This document shows, one piece after another, positions 28,082-38,136 of a stretch of DNA of 64,000 nt. Both the position numbers and the translations under genes were made by a program. Source of the DNA: an uncultured Candidatus Saccharibacteria bacterium (GTDB lineage: Bacteria; Patescibacteriota; Minisyncoccia; Phycocordibacterales; UBA918); assembly GCA_964643955.1 (NCBI GenBank), contig CAZXUO010000005.1, forward strand, positions 95-64,094. The letters are read 5' to 3'. The notes beneath the pieces were generated by a model that worked only from the letters and a program-made list of their open reading frames with translations, did no database searches and was not told the DNA's origin. Each line of letters starts with the position of its first letter. Position 1 is the first letter of the stretch.

Positions 28082-28453
28082 ATGATCCAGCCACAAACAT
28101 TAGTGAATATCACGGACAACTCCGGCGCAAAAATCGGACGCGTCTTCAAGATTCTCGGCGGATCAAAGAAGCGCACGGCTGAGATCGGTGATCTCGTGGT
28201 GCTTTCAGTACAGACAGCTGAGCCGCGCAAGCAGACGAAGAAGAAGGATGTCGTGACGGCGATTGTCGTGCGTCAGCGCAAGCCATTCCGCCGCAAGGAC
28301 GGTTCATACGTGAGTTTCGACGACAACGCGGTGGTGATTGTCGAAAAAGCAAAGATGGAGCCACGTGCGAACCGTGTCTTCGGTCCGATCCCTCGCGAGA
28401 TCGCTGAGGTCGGCTACCAGAAGATCGTCTCACTCGCACCGGAAGTCGTATAG
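28082..28453 (+). CDS. rplN: 50S ribosomal protein L14
   Basis: Similar to L14. Confidence 0.95.
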   Translation: MIQPQTLVNITDNSGAKIGRVFKILGGSKKRTAEIGDLVVLSVQTAEPRKQTKKKDVVTAIVVRQRKPFRRKDGSYVSFDDNAVVIVEKAKMEPRANRVFGPIPREIAEVGYQKIVSLAPEVV

Positions 28454-28463
28454 TTTTTATTGT

Positions 28464-28769
28464 ATGAAAATCAAGAAAGGCGACAACGTAGTAGTAATTT
28501 CAGGAAAGGACCGCGGCAAGAGCGGTACGGTTCTCACTGCATTCCCTAAAAAGGACCTCGTCCTCGTGGAGGGAGTTGGTATGGTGAAGAAGCATCAGCG
28601 TGGTCGCCGCGTTGGACAGGCTGGTCAGATCATTGAGCGCGCAACACCGGTGCACGTTTCAAACGTTGCCCTCAAGGATGCAAAGACCAAGAAGGCATCA
28701 CGCGTTGGCTACACGATTGACGGCGACAAGAAGGTCCGCGTCACCAAGGCTTCAGGCTCGAAGGTATAG
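28464..28769 (+). CDS. rplX: 50S ribosomal protein L24
   Basis: Contains the KOW motif and is similar to L24. An internal ATG (MKIKKGD) was chosen. Confidence 0.9.
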   Translation: MKIKKGDNVVVISGKDRGKSGTVLTAFPKKDLVLVEGVGMVKKHQRGRRVGQAGQIIERATPVHVSNVALKDAKTKKASRVGYTIDGDKKVRVTKASGSKV

Positions 28770-28787
28770 TCATTTCATACACGACAT

Positions 28788-29339
28788 ATGGCAAAAGCAA
28801 CATCACAAACAGTATTGACGAATACCTACGAAGCACTCAAAGGTGCGCTCGGCTTTACGAATATCATGCAGACTCCACGCATCGAAAAGATCGTGATCTC
28901 AACAGGTATTGGTAAAATTGACGACAAGCAGAAGCGCGCACTCATCGCTGATCGTCTCGCGCGCATCACGGGTCAGAAGGCAGCTCCTCGTGGCGCAAAG
29001 AAGTCTATTGCGTCATTCAAGCTCCGACAGGGAGACGTGGTGGGCTACCAGGTCACCCTCCGCGGCGCACGCATGCAGCATTTCCTCGACAAGCTGATCC
29101 ATGTCGCATTGCCGCGTACGCGCGACTTCCGCGGCCTCAAGGTGACGGCGGTCGACGAGATGGGCAATTACACGCTCGGCATCAAGGAGAATACGATTTT
29201 CCCTGAATGCTCGGACGAGGAGCTCCGCAACGTCTTTGGTATCGCTATCACGATCGTGACCTCGGCGAAGACCAAGGAGGCAGCGGAGGCACTGCTTCGC
29301 CACATCGGGCTCCCGCTCGTTGCGACGGAGGGGAAGTAG
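28788..29339 (+). CDS. rplE: 50S ribosomal protein L5
   Basis: Similar to L5. Confidence 0.95.
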   Translation: MAKATSQTVLTNTYEALKGALGFTNIMQTPRIEKIVISTGIGKIDDKQKRALIADRLARITGQKAAPRGAKKSIASFKLRQGDVVGYQVTLRGARMQHFLDKLIHVALPRTRDFRGLKVTAVDEMGNYTLGIKENTIFPECSDEELRNVFGIAITIVTSAKTKEAAEALLRHIGLPLVATEGK

Positions 29340-29379
29340 ACACTTCGCAGACTAGCAAAAAGAGCGACGCGCCGTATGT

Positions 29380-29408
29380 TTGACATCGGAATGCGTAGTT
29401 GCTAGTAT
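29380..29408 (+). promoter_or_regulatory. Putative internal sigma70-type promoter before rpsN (TTGACA-17-TAGTAT)
   Basis: Consensus hexamers with 17-bp spacing sit in the 150-nt gap between rplE and rpsN. Confidence 0.45.
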
Positions 29409-29488
29409 GCCCGTGTTCTACGGCTCCGACAGAGGAGTTTTATTTTCACCCAAAAAACAAGTTCACACGGAGAATACCCACAACAATC

Positions 29489-29674
29489 ATGGCAAAGACA
29501 TCAGTTAAAGTACGCGCAACACGAACACCGAAATTCAAGAGTCGGGTGGTTCGCCGTTGCTTCGCCTGCGGCCGTAAGCGCGGCTACATGCGCGACTTTG
29601 ACCTCTGCCGTATTTGCTTCCGTGAAATGGCAAACGAAGGACAGATTCCAGGTATTAAGAAATCATCATGGTAG
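29489..29674 (+). CDS. rpsN: 30S ribosomal protein S14 type Z (zinc-ribbon, 61 aa)
   Basis: The short form carries the CxxC...CxxC cysteines ([20 protein letters not shown]). Confidence 0.9.
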   Translation: MAKTSVKVRATRTPKFKSRVVRRCFACGRKRGYMRDFDLCRICFREMANEGQIPGIKKSSW

Positions 29675-30060
29675 GAGACCCAATCGGAGATTTTATCGTA
29701 CAGATTGTAAATGCGGGCGCTGTCCGTAAGGAGTCTGTCTCTGTGCCATATTCAAAGCTCAAGCATGCTATTGCTGAGAAGCTCGTAGAGTCTGGCTTTA
29801 TCAAGAATGCCGTGAAGCGTGGCAAGAAGGTAAAGAAGACGCTCGATATCGAGCTCATCTACACTGATGGCGCGCACATGGTTCGTGGCGTAAAGCGCAT
29901 CTCAAAGCCCGGCCGCCGCATGTACGCAGGCGCGCAGGATATTCACCGCGTGAAGTTTGGTAAGGGCAAGATGATCCTTTCAACACCTGCGGGCGTATTG
30001 ACGGGGGATGAGGCGCGCAAGCAGAACGTTGGTGGCGAACAGCTTTTCATCATCTGGTAA
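29668..30060 (+). CDS. rpsH: 30S ribosomal protein S8
   Basis: Similar to S8. It overlaps rpsN by 7 nt. Confidence 0.93.
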   Translation: MVGDPIGDFIVQIVNAGAVRKESVSVPYSKLKHAIAEKLVESGFIKNAVKRGKKVKKTLDIELIYTDGAHMVRGVKRISKPGRRMYAGAQDIHRVKFGKGKMILSTPAGVLTGDEARKQNVGGEQLFIIW

Positions 30061-30069
30061 TTTTTCACT

Positions 30070-30606
30070 ATGAGTCGTCTCGGCAAACAACCAGTTATTC
30101 TTCCTTCGGGCGTCACCGCTACGCTTGAAGGTGGTGTCTTCACAATGAAGGGACCAAAGGGTTCTGTCGCACGTTCACTTACGAACGATGTGTCAGTAAC
30201 GATCTCAGGCAACGAGATTGTGCTCGCACCTGGTCGCGATAGCGATTTCGCACGCGCACTCTGGGGTACGTATACTGCACACGTCCATAATATGCTTACG
30301 GGCGTTACTGAGGGCTTTACGAAGAAGCTTGAGATCGAAGGTGTGGGATACCGCGCCGAGGTAAAAGGTTCTTCAATCGCACTTTCAGTTGGTTTCTCAC
30401 ACCAGGTTCTTCTCCCGATTCCTGAAGGAGTGACCGTGACCGTAGAGAAGAACCTCATTACGGTTTCAGGTATCGACAAAGATGTTGTCGGCCAGTTTGC
30501 CGCAAACATCCGCGCTACAAAGAAGCCGGAGCCGTACAAGGGTAAGGGCATTCACTACCAAGGTGAGTACATCCTCCGCAAACAGGGTAAGCGCGCAACC
30601 GCATAA
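30070..30606 (+). CDS. rplF: 50S ribosomal protein L6
   Basis: Similar to L6. Confidence 0.95.
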   Translation: MSRLGKQPVILPSGVTATLEGGVFTMKGPKGSVARSLTNDVSVTISGNEIVLAPGRDSDFARALWGTYTAHVHNMLTGVTEGFTKKLEIEGVGYRAEVKGSSIALSVGFSHQVLLPIPEGVTVTVEKNLITVSGIDKDVVGQFAANIRATKKPEPYKGKGIHYQGEYILRKQGKRATA

Positions 30607-30618
30607 TCTCGCACGACC

Positions 30619-30969
30619 ATGGAAAAGACAGCACTCAAAAACTATAAGCGAACACGACGACATGCACGCATCCGCGCGCGTGTTACGGGTACCGCAGAGC
30701 GTCCGCGCCTCGCAATCTTCCGCAGCAACCGCGCGGTGTATGCGCAGCTCATTGATGATGAGCGCGGTGCAACAATCGCTGCTGTTGATACACGCGCACA
30801 GAAAGGCGCAACACTTCGTGATCGTTCTGCAGCAGTGGGTACGGCGATTGCAACGCTCGCAAAGGGGAAGGGTGTTGAGAAGGTGGTGTTTGACCGCGGA
30901 GGTTTCCAATATCAGGGTGTGATCGCAACGCTCGCTGACAGCGCGCGCGCTGCAGGACTTGTATTTTAA
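30619..30969 (+). CDS. rplR: 50S ribosomal protein L18
   Basis: Similar to L18. Confidence 0.93.
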   Translation: MEKTALKNYKRTRRHARIRARVTGTAERPRLAIFRSNRAVYAQLIDDERGATIAAVDTRAQKGATLRDRSAAVGTAIATLAKGKGVEKVVFDRGGFQYQGVIATLADSARAAGLVF

Positions 30970-30983
30970 ATATTTGATTATTT

Positions 30984-31577
30984 ATGACTGAAGAAACGAC
31001 AACAGACATCACGACAACAGGAGCTGAACAAGCTCCGGCTGAAACTGCTGCACCAACAGAACGTGGTGCACGTGCGGGCGCAGGCGCCGATCGCCGCCGC
31101 AACCCACGTCGTCAGCGTCGTCCTGGACGTCGTGAAGAGCGTGCTCGCCCTGAGTTCGAGCAGAAAATCATCAGCATCCGTCGCGTAACTCGCGTGATGG
31201 CCGGTGGTCGCCGCTTCAGTTTCTCAGTTGCTATGGTTGCAGGAAACAAGAAGGGTCGCGTGGGTGTTGGTATCGGAAAGGCGGGTGATACACAGCTCGC
31301 TATCGAGAAGGCATTCCGCGATGCTCGCAAGAATATGATCGATGTGCCGATGAACGAAGACCAGCACATTCCACACGATGTTGAGATGAAGTACGCTTCA
31401 AGTCGCATTATGATCATGCCAGCGCCCGGTCGCGGTGTGGTAGCAGGTAGCTCAGTACGTACTGTCCTCGAGCTTGCTGGTGTAAAGGATGTGACGGCGA
31501 AAGTATTCTCACGAAGCAAGAACAAGCTCAACAACGCCCGCGCAGCCGTGAGCGCCCTTAAAGCCCTCCGCGCATAA
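30984..31577 (+). CDS. rpsE: 30S ribosomal protein S5 (with Arg-rich N-terminal extension)
   Basis: Similar to S5. L15 follows directly, with no L30 gene between them. Confidence 0.93.
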   Translation: MTEETTTDITTTGAEQAPAETAAPTERGARAGAGADRRRNPRRQRRPGRREERARPEFEQKIISIRRVTRVMAGGRRFSFSVAMVAGNKKGRVGVGIGKAGDTQLAIEKAFRDARKNMIDVPMNEDQHIPHDVEMKYASSRIMIMPAPGRGVVAGSSVRTVLELAGVKDVTAKVFSRSKNKLNNARAAVSALKALRA

Positions 31578-31594
31578 TCTCGTAACACTTTTAT

Positions 31595-32044
31595 ATGCAG
31601 ATTCATCACGTAAAACCAAAGACAGCACGTAAGACCGCCAAGCGCATTGGTCGCGGTGGTAAGCGCGGCAAGACCTCTGGTCGCGGTATGAAAGGCCAGA
31701 CTGCGCGCACTGGTAACAGTACGCGTCCTGAGATGCGCGAGTTCATCAAGAAGCTTCCAAAGCTTCGTGGTCATGGTAAGAACCGCGCGCGTGGTGTAAA
31801 CAACGAGCGTGTTCGTCCAGTGGTGGTAAACGTTGGCGCTATCGATGCAGTCTTTGTAGCAGGCGAGGCGGTAACTCCTGCATCACTCGTCGCTCGTGGC
31901 GTCATCCGTTCACAGAGCCGCCGCGCTCCAATGATCAAGGTGCTCGCAAACGGCGAGGTTACGAAGAAGCTCTCATTTGCATCGTGCGAGGTGTCTGCAG
32001 CTGCACGCGCAAAGATCGAAGCAGCAGGCGGTTCGATTTCCTAA
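31595..32044 (+). CDS. rplO: 50S ribosomal protein L15
   Basis: Similar to L15. Confidence 0.93.
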   Translation: MQIHHVKPKTARKTAKRIGRGGKRGKTSGRGMKGQTARTGNSTRPEMREFIKKLPKLRGHGKNRARGVNNERVRPVVVNVGAIDAVFVAGEAVTPASLVARGVIRSQSRRAPMIKVLANGEVTKKLSFASCEVSAAARAKIEAAGGSIS

Positions 32045-32091
32045 TCGAAAGAGAGGCGCAATGCGCCGTGGTGGGGTAGAATAGGACTACT

Positions 32092-33363
32092 ATGGATACC
32101 TTTTTTCAGAAGTTGAAACTCATCGTTACTGATTCTGCTATTCGCAATCGTGTACTTTTTGTACTCGGCGCGCTCGCTATTTTTCGTGCGCTCGCTGCGG
32201 TACCGGTACCAGGCGTCAATACGCTCCAGCTCGAACAATTTTTCCAGAACAATCAGCTGCTTGGTTTTTTTAATATTTTCTCAGGCGGTGGTCTCGCAAA
32301 CCTCTCGATCGTGATGCTCGGCGTGAGTCCGTACATTACCGCATCTATTACGATGCAGCTCATGACGGTGATGTCGACAAAGCTCAAGTCACTCTACTCA
32401 GAAGAAGGGGAGACCGGACGTCACAAGTTTACGCAGATCACACGCCAGCTCGCGTTGCCGTTTGGCGTATTGCAGGGATACGGATTCCTCATGCTTCTCC
32501 AGAGCCAGGGGATCATTCAGGGTCTCTCGACATTTGGTTTTGTTACGAGCCTCATTGTGATTGTTGCCGGATCAATGCTCCTCATGTGGATTGGTGAGCT
32601 CGTCACAGAGTTCGGTATTGGTAACGGTGTTTCGATCATCATCTTCGCCGGTATCGTCGCGGGCCTTCCTGCAACACTCGGACAGCTCCTCTTCACCTTT
32701 GATGCAGCACAGATCCCACTCTACGTTGGCTTCCTCGTTGCAACACTCATCGTGATTTACGGTGTGGTGGTGATGACTGAAGCTGAGCGTCCCGTGCCGA
32801 TTACACATGCAAAGCAAGTTCGTGGGGGACAGACCTACGGCGGCGTTTCTTCATACCTCCCACTCCGCCTTAATCAGGCTGGTGTGATCCCAATCATCTT
32901 TGCGCTCTCAATCTTGCTTTTCCCGCAAATGATTCTCAACTTGCTCGTCAATGTAAATGCGCCGTGGCTCACGACTGCATCAAACGCAGTACTCGGCTTC
33001 CTCGCAAATCAGGTCTACTACGGCATCACGTACTTCGTACTCGTATTCCTCTTTACGTATTTCTACACTGCCGTTACCTTTGACCCTGACGCAATCTCAA
33101 AGAATCTTCAGCGCACGGGTGCCTTTATTCCGGGCGTTCGTCCCGGTGCACATACTGCAGAGTATCTCGGTAAGCTCATCACACGTCTCACGCTCGTCGG
33201 CGCGACGTTCCTCGGTGCGGTAGCGGTCTTGCCGCTTGCGATGCAGTACGTGACTGGCTTTGCAGCGCTCGCAGTCGGTGGTACCGCGCTCCTCATCGTT
33301 GTTTCGGTAGTACTCGATCTTCTCCGTCGTCTCGACTCACAGCTCTCACTCCGCCAGTACTAA
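32092..33363 (+). CDS. secY: Preprotein translocase subunit SecY
   Basis: A 10-TM protein with SecY similarity, in the conserved position after rplO. Confidence 0.95.
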   Translation: MDTFFQKLKLIVTDSAIRNRVLFVLGALAIFRALAAVPVPGVNTLQLEQFFQNNQLLGFFNIFSGGGLANLSIVMLGVSPYITASITMQLMTVMSTKLKSLYSEEGETGRHKFTQITRQLALPFGVLQGYGFLMLLQSQGIIQGLSTFGFVTSLIVIVAGSMLLMWIGELVTEFGIGNGVSIIIFAGIVAGLPATLGQLLFTFDAAQIPLYVGFLVATLIVIYGVVVMTEAERPVPITHAKQVRGGQTYGGVSSYLPLRLNQAGVIPIIFALSILLFPQMILNLLVNVNAPWLTTASNAVLGFLANQVYYGITYFVLVFLFTYFYTAVTFDPDAISKNLQRTGAFIPGVRPGAHTAEYLGKLITRLTLVGATFLGAVAVLPLAMQYVTGFAALAVGGTALLIVVSVVLDLLRRLDSQLSLRQY

Positions 33364-33413
33364 GTTCTTCGCTTTTTGGCGGAACGCGCGGTAACTGGTA
33401 TTCTGAAATAGTT

Positions 33414-34013
33414 ATGCTTACGAAACCGATCACCGGCCATCTGATTCTTATTATGGCGCCGTCTGGAAGCGGCAAAGGTCTTTTGATAAAACACTTACGC
33501 GACACGCTCACGCATGCACGTTTCCCCGTGTCGTGCACGACGCGCACGATGCGCCCGGGTGAGACGGAGGGGGAGATGTACTATTTCATTACGCGCGAAG
33601 ATTTTGAACAGCGCATCAAAGATGATCTCTTTCTCGAGTGGGCAGAGTTTGGCGGCGATCTCTACGGTACGCTGAAGTCAGAGATACTCCCTCCGCTTGA
33701 GCAGGGTGAGCTCGTCATCCGTGAGGTAGAGCTTCAGGGTATTCTCGCATTCCGTGAGATTATTCCGCGCGAGCACTATACGGTGATTTATGTGGAAGCG
33801 GGTGCGTGGGATGTGCTCTGCAAGCGTATCCTCGCGCGCGCACCGATTACTGACGAACAGCTCGAGCTTCGTCGTTTGCGGTATCTTGAGGAGTCGAAAG
33901 CGAAAGTTTTTGCTGACAAGATTATTGAAAACAACGAGAATCGTCTTGAGGACGCGAAGCTCGAGCTGCAGCATTTTATAGAAACTATCAGCCAAAAGAT
34001 TTCTGGCGTATGA
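33414..34013 (+). CDS. gmk: Guanylate kinase
   Basis: Carries the P-loop APSGSGKG plus SCTTR..RPGE and FLEWAEF..YGT motifs. Confidence 0.8.
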   Translation: MLTKPITGHLILIMAPSGSGKGLLIKHLRDTLTHARFPVSCTTRTMRPGETEGEMYYFITREDFEQRIKDDLFLEWAEFGGDLYGTLKSEILPPLEQGELVIREVELQGILAFREIIPREHYTVIYVEAGAWDVLCKRILARAPITDEQLELRRLRYLEESKAKVFADKIIENNENRLEDAKLELQHFIETISQKISGV

Positions 34014-34615
34014 AACCACGCACCATCATTTTCATCGGTCCGCAAGGAAGTGGAAAGGGTACGCAGATAACCAAGCTCGATGCAGCACTCCGTGCGGCTG
34101 ATCCAATGCGTCGCGTGGTGGATATTCAGACCGGCCGCCGCTTTCGTGCACTTGCACAGAAGCAGGAAAATTATACCGAGAAGCATGTCTACGAGACGCT
34201 CGACAGTGGTCAGCTCCAACCACTTTTCCTTTCAGTCGTACTGTGGGGAGATGCGATGCTGCAGCACGTCGACACTGATTGTCATTTGCTCATTGATGGA
34301 TTTCCGCGCACGGTCAACGAAGCAAAAGTGCTCGAGAGCGCGCTTTCGTTTTATGAACGTTCAGAGCTTGTCGTTATCAATCTCAATACACCCGAGGACA
34401 TCGTGCGAACTCGTATGAAATCGCGTGCACGAACCGACGATACCGATACCTCGATCGAGGAGCGTTTGCGTTGGTATCGCGAAGAGACCGTACCGGTGAT
34501 CGAATTTTATCGCGCACGTCACGCAACTACTCTTATTGATATCGATGGTACGGACACGATAGACGGGGTACATGCAGCAATCCTCAAAGCCGTCGACCTC
34601 TCGCCAAATGCATGA
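34010..34615 (+). CDS. adk: Adenylate kinase
   Basis: Carries GPQGSGKGTQ and the LIDGFPRT motif. Confidence 0.9.
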   Translation: MKPRTIIFIGPQGSGKGTQITKLDAALRAADPMRRVVDIQTGRRFRALAQKQENYTEKHVYETLDSGQLQPLFLSVVLWGDAMLQHVDTDCHLLIDGFPRTVNEAKVLESALSFYERSELVVINLNTPEDIVRTRMKSRARTDDTDTSIEERLRWYREETVPVIEFYRARHATTLIDIDGTDTIDGVHAAILKAVDLSPNA

Positions 34616-34636
34616 TTCTCTAGTACTGTACCGGCA

Positions 34637-35413
34637 ATGATACGACTCAAAAAACCAGAAGAAATCGAGTCCCTCCGTGAGGGCGGCGCTATCTTGTCGA
34701 AGATTCTCGACGAGCTTTCTACGCTCGTGGCGCCCGGCGTCTCAACGGAACTTTTAAATGATGAAGCCCTTGAGCTTATGGAGAAGTACGATGTTGAGCC
34801 GGTACTTCTCGGCTACCATCCACAATTTGCGCCACGGCCATATCCTGCGGCTATCTGTACGTCGGTCAATGATGTGGTTGTGCATGGTATTCCAAATGAG
34901 CATCCGGTTATTCTCAAAGAAGGGGATACTATCGGCATCGATGTTTCAATCGCATACGAGGGAATGATCGTCGACTCTGCGCGCACGGTCGCTGTGGGCA
35001 CCGTCTCGCCTGAAGTACAAAAACTCATCAATATCACCAAAGAAGCGCTCATGGTGGGTATCAAGGCTGCGCGCGTGGGTGGCCGCGTAGGGGACATCGG
35101 GCATGCCATCGAGACGTTTGTACGCCCGCATGGCTATGGCATCGTCGAGGACCTCTGTGGACACGGCGTGGGGTATGCGGTACACGAGGAGCCAAACGTC
35201 CAGAGCGTTGGTACGCCAGGTACTGGTCCTGAGCTTGTCCCCGGACTCGTGCTCGCGATTGAGCCGATGCTCACGCTCGGCACTCACGAAGTGATCTTTG
35301 ATGAGGAGGATGGATACACCGTCCGTACCAAAGACGGCTCCCAGAGCGCCCATTTTGAGCACTCTATCGTGATTACAGCGGAAGGTCCTGAAATCCTCAC
35401 GACTTCACGCTAA
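34637..35413 (+). CDS. map: Methionine aminopeptidase type I
   Basis: Shows the metal-binding residue pattern and full-length MAP similarity. Confidence 0.92.
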   Translation: MIRLKKPEEIESLREGGAILSKILDELSTLVAPGVSTELLNDEALELMEKYDVEPVLLGYHPQFAPRPYPAAICTSVNDVVVHGIPNEHPVILKEGDTIGIDVSIAYEGMIVDSARTVAVGTVSPEVQKLINITKEALMVGIKAARVGGRVGDIGHAIETFVRPHGYGIVEDLCGHGVGYAVHEEPNVQSVGTPGTGPELVPGLVLAIEPMLTLGTHEVIFDEEDGYTVRTKDGSQSAHFEHSIVITAEGPEILTTSR

Positions 35414-35454
35414 CCTTGAATTAAGCCATTTTTTAAGCTATACTCCGGACACAT

Positions 35455-36072
35455 ATGGCAACAGAAACAACTCGAGAGATGCACAAAGAGCGTACGCTCG
35501 TTATTATCAAGCCCGACGGTATTCAGCGCGGACTCATCGGAGAGATTATTAAGCGTTTTGAACGCACTGGTCTTAAGTTTACGGCCTTTAAGTTTCTCGT
35601 GCCGACCGAACAGCAGCTCCTCACGCACTACAACAAAGACGAGGCGTGGTTTCTCCGCAAGGGTAACCGCATTATCGAGGATCTCACCGCACAGGGTCTT
35701 CCGGTAGAAAAGGACGCGATGACCTATGGAAAGGGCATCATCGATACAATCGTGAAGTTTATGACGGCAGGACCGGTGCTTGCGATGGTGATTGAGGGTA
35801 ATCAGTCAGTTGCGATCGTGACAAAGATCACGGGTACGACTGAGCCTGCGACGTCGGATGTTGGTACGATCCGTGGCGACCTCACGGTTGATTCATACGG
35901 CCACTCAACACTCCAGAACCGCGCTGTCCGCAATCTCATCCATTGTTCGGAGTCACCTGAAGAAGCAGAACGCGAGATTAAGGTGTGGTTTGATGAGAAG
36001 GAGCTCATCAACTACAAGACGACGCACGAGCGTATTCTCTACGACATCGACCTCAACGGTATTTTTGAATAA
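35455..36072 (+). CDS. ndk: Nucleoside diphosphate kinase (long form)
   Basis: Carries the ERTLVIIKPDG..RGLIGEII motif and the catalytic His region, with insertions that extend it to 205 aa. Confidence 0.8.
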   Translation: MATETTREMHKERTLVIIKPDGIQRGLIGEIIKRFERTGLKFTAFKFLVPTEQQLLTHYNKDEAWFLRKGNRIIEDLTAQGLPVEKDAMTYGKGIIDTIVKFMTAGPVLAMVIEGNQSVAIVTKITGTTEPATSDVGTIRGDLTVDSYGHSTLQNRAVRNLIHCSESPEEAEREIKVWFDEKELINYKTTHERILYDIDLNGIFE

Positions 36073-36131
36073 ATAACCTTTTGGTAGAACGCATAATGGC
36101 ACTTTTCGCGGAGCGAAACGTGCCATTATGC

Positions 36132-36321
36132 TATACTGGTACATGAGGATTGCTGAATGCATGTTCCTCTTAAACGCATAGTTCAGGGAGTTCGAACTCG
36201 CAGTGACCAATGAGAACCGTAAGGATTTCAGCGGAAATTGGATAGAGCACCCACCTAGAATTTCTAGGGACATGCGTTCATGCGATCCTCTTATGAAAAA
36301 ACCCGCTCTGCGGGTTTTTTC
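36132..36321 (+). ncRNA. Candidate structured small RNA of unknown class (about 190 nt) ending in an intrinsic terminator
   Basis: No ORF with a start signal is present. Several perfect local palindromes occur (gagttcgaactc, cctagaatttctagg, ccGUAAgg). It ends with aaaaaacccgctctgcgggttttttc and has weak resemblance to SRP-RNA helix 8. Confidence 0.3.
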
Positions 36322-36367
36322 TTGTCCTACTTCGCGCCGACCGAGCGGTCGCGTATAATAAAGCTAC

Positions 36368-36760
36368 ATGTGGATGCGCACAACGACCTTTCTCTACTTT
36401 ATACTCGCACTTTCAGTGCTTGCGGCAGGGCACATCCTCTCGCTCTCATTTTATTTGTACTGGACCTATTTGTGGCTCGATATCCCGATGCATTTCTTGG
36501 GCGGTATGACGGTCGCGCTCGGGTTCCTTACTTTTTTCTCGTCATACGTTGTGCGCTCTCTGCGTGGGCTCGCACTCACGCTCGGCGTGGTCTTTATGGT
36601 GGGTATTGCATGGGAAGTATTTGAGCTCGTGAATGGTTTGATCGACATCGAGCTGCGCCCGATTGCTGACACGGCGCTCGACATTGTTCTCGACCTTATC
36701 GGTGGAGCGCTCGGCTACGCGCTTGCTCGTTCGTCGTCATCACTTGATACACGTCCATGA
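36368..36760 (+). CDS. Hypothetical polytopic membrane protein (130 aa)
   Basis: Four predicted TM helices. Confidence 0.5.
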   Translation: MWMRTTTFLYFILALSVLAAGHILSLSFYLYWTYLWLDIPMHFLGGMTVALGFLTFFSSYVVRSLRGLALTLGVVFMVGIAWEVFELVNGLIDIELRPIADTALDIVLDLIGGALGYALARSSSSLDTRP

Positions 36761-38127
36761 GTACCCGCACTGCACAGATTGGTTTTTATGGGGGAGTAGG
36801 GAGTGTGACGGGTGCAAATTTTCTCCTTGAGGCAGGTACATGTCGTGTACTCATCGACTGTGGACTAGTGCAGGGAGGACGTTTTGGTGAGCGAAAAAAT
36901 GCCGAGGCATTTGCATACGATCCTGCGAGTGTCGGTACGCTCGTGGTCACGCATGCGCACGCCGATCATATCGGTCGCATCCCAAAGCTCGTGCGCGATG
37001 GTTTCAGCGGCGTCATTTACTCGACGGCGCCGACTAGAGATCTCGCGGAAGTCATGCTCGCTGATGCATACCGCGTGATGGTAAGCGAAGCAAAGAAACA
37101 CGGGGAAGAACCCATCTTTGAGCAGGCTGATGTTGATCGCGCGCTTTCGCTCTGGAAGGGAGTTGTCTACAAAGAAGAGGTTGCGCTCACTGATGGCGTA
37201 TCGTTTCGTCTCCATGACGCAGGGCACATCCTCGGCTCTGCATTTATTGAGTTTGAGCGAGACGGGCGGAAGATTGTTTTTTCGGGAGACATCGGCAATG
37301 TGCCGCAACCGCTTCTCGATGCGCCCGATGTACCTTCGGGGTACCACTACCTCGTGATGGAAAGTGTATACGGCGATCGTTCGCATGAGGAGGTCGCTGA
37401 GCGTAGAGATATGCTCTTGGGATACATCAAAGATACGATCGAATCAAAAGGGACGCTCATCATCCCTGCGTTTTCACTCGAGCGTACGCAGGGAATGCTC
37501 TTTGAGATTAATAATTTTGTGGAGCAGGGTCTCATTCCGCCGGTCCCTACATACCTTGATTCGCCGCTTGCGATTGAAGTGACGGGGATCTACCGAAAAC
37601 ATACTGCGTATCTTAAAAAAGAGGTGCAGGAACAAATCAGAAAGGGAGACGACATTTTTGATTTTCCAAAGCTCTCATTTACCGAGCGCGTTGCTGACTC
37701 ACGTGACATTGCGCGCGTACAGGGACCGAAGATTATCATCGCTGGCTCGGGTATGTCGCATGGTGGTCGCATCAATGCACACGAGAAAGAATATCTCGAC
37801 GATACCAACACAACGCTTTTGCTCGTCGGCTTTCAGGCAGTGGGGAGTATCGGACGCCTGCTGCAGGATGGGGCGAAGCGTGTGCAGATTGATGGCGTCG
37901 ATGTAAAGGTGCGTGCGCGTATCGCGACGATCCGCGGATACTCGGGACATGCAGATCGAGAAGGGCTTATTGATTTTGTGGAGCACGGTGGCGAGCAGAT
38001 AGAAAAAGTATTTGTGACGATGGGTGAGGAGAAAGCATCGCTTTTTCTCGTACAGCGCCTGCGTGATTACCTCGGCGTCGATGCGGTTGCGCCTGAGGAG
38101 GGGAGTGTGGTGGAGATTAAGTTTTGA
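36757..38127 (+). CDS. MBL-fold beta-CASP family ribonuclease (RNase J / CPSF-like)
   Basis: Carries the HAHADH motif and the beta-CASP region (GDIG..., ESVYGDR, GHAD) over 456 aa. Confidence 0.75.
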   Translation: MSTRTAQIGFYGGVGSVTGANFLLEAGTCRVLIDCGLVQGGRFGERKNAEAFAYDPASVGTLVVTHAHADHIGRIPKLVRDGFSGVIYSTAPTRDLAEVMLADAYRVMVSEAKKHGEEPIFEQADVDRALSLWKGVVYKEEVALTDGVSFRLHDAGHILGSAFIEFERDGRKIVFSGDIGNVPQPLLDAPDVPSGYHYLVMESVYGDRSHEEVAERRDMLLGYIKDTIESKGTLIIPAFSLERTQGMLFEINNFVEQGLIPPVPTYLDSPLAIEVTGIYRKHTAYLKKEVQEQIRKGDDIFDFPKLSFTERVADSRDIARVQGPKIIIAGSGMSHGGRINAHEKEYLDDTNTTLLLVGFQAVGSIGRLLQDGAKRVQIDGVDVKVRARIATIRGYSGHADREGLIDFVEHGGEQIEKVFVTMGEEKASLFLVQRLRDYLGVDAVAPEEGSVVEIKF

Positions 38128-38136
38128 TACAAAAAG

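Noticed and set aside
36160-36200. tRNA-like T-arm (GGGAGTTCGAACTC)
   Set aside because: The sequence is a simple palindrome, GAGTTC/GAACTC. No acceptor, D or anticodon arms can be built around it.
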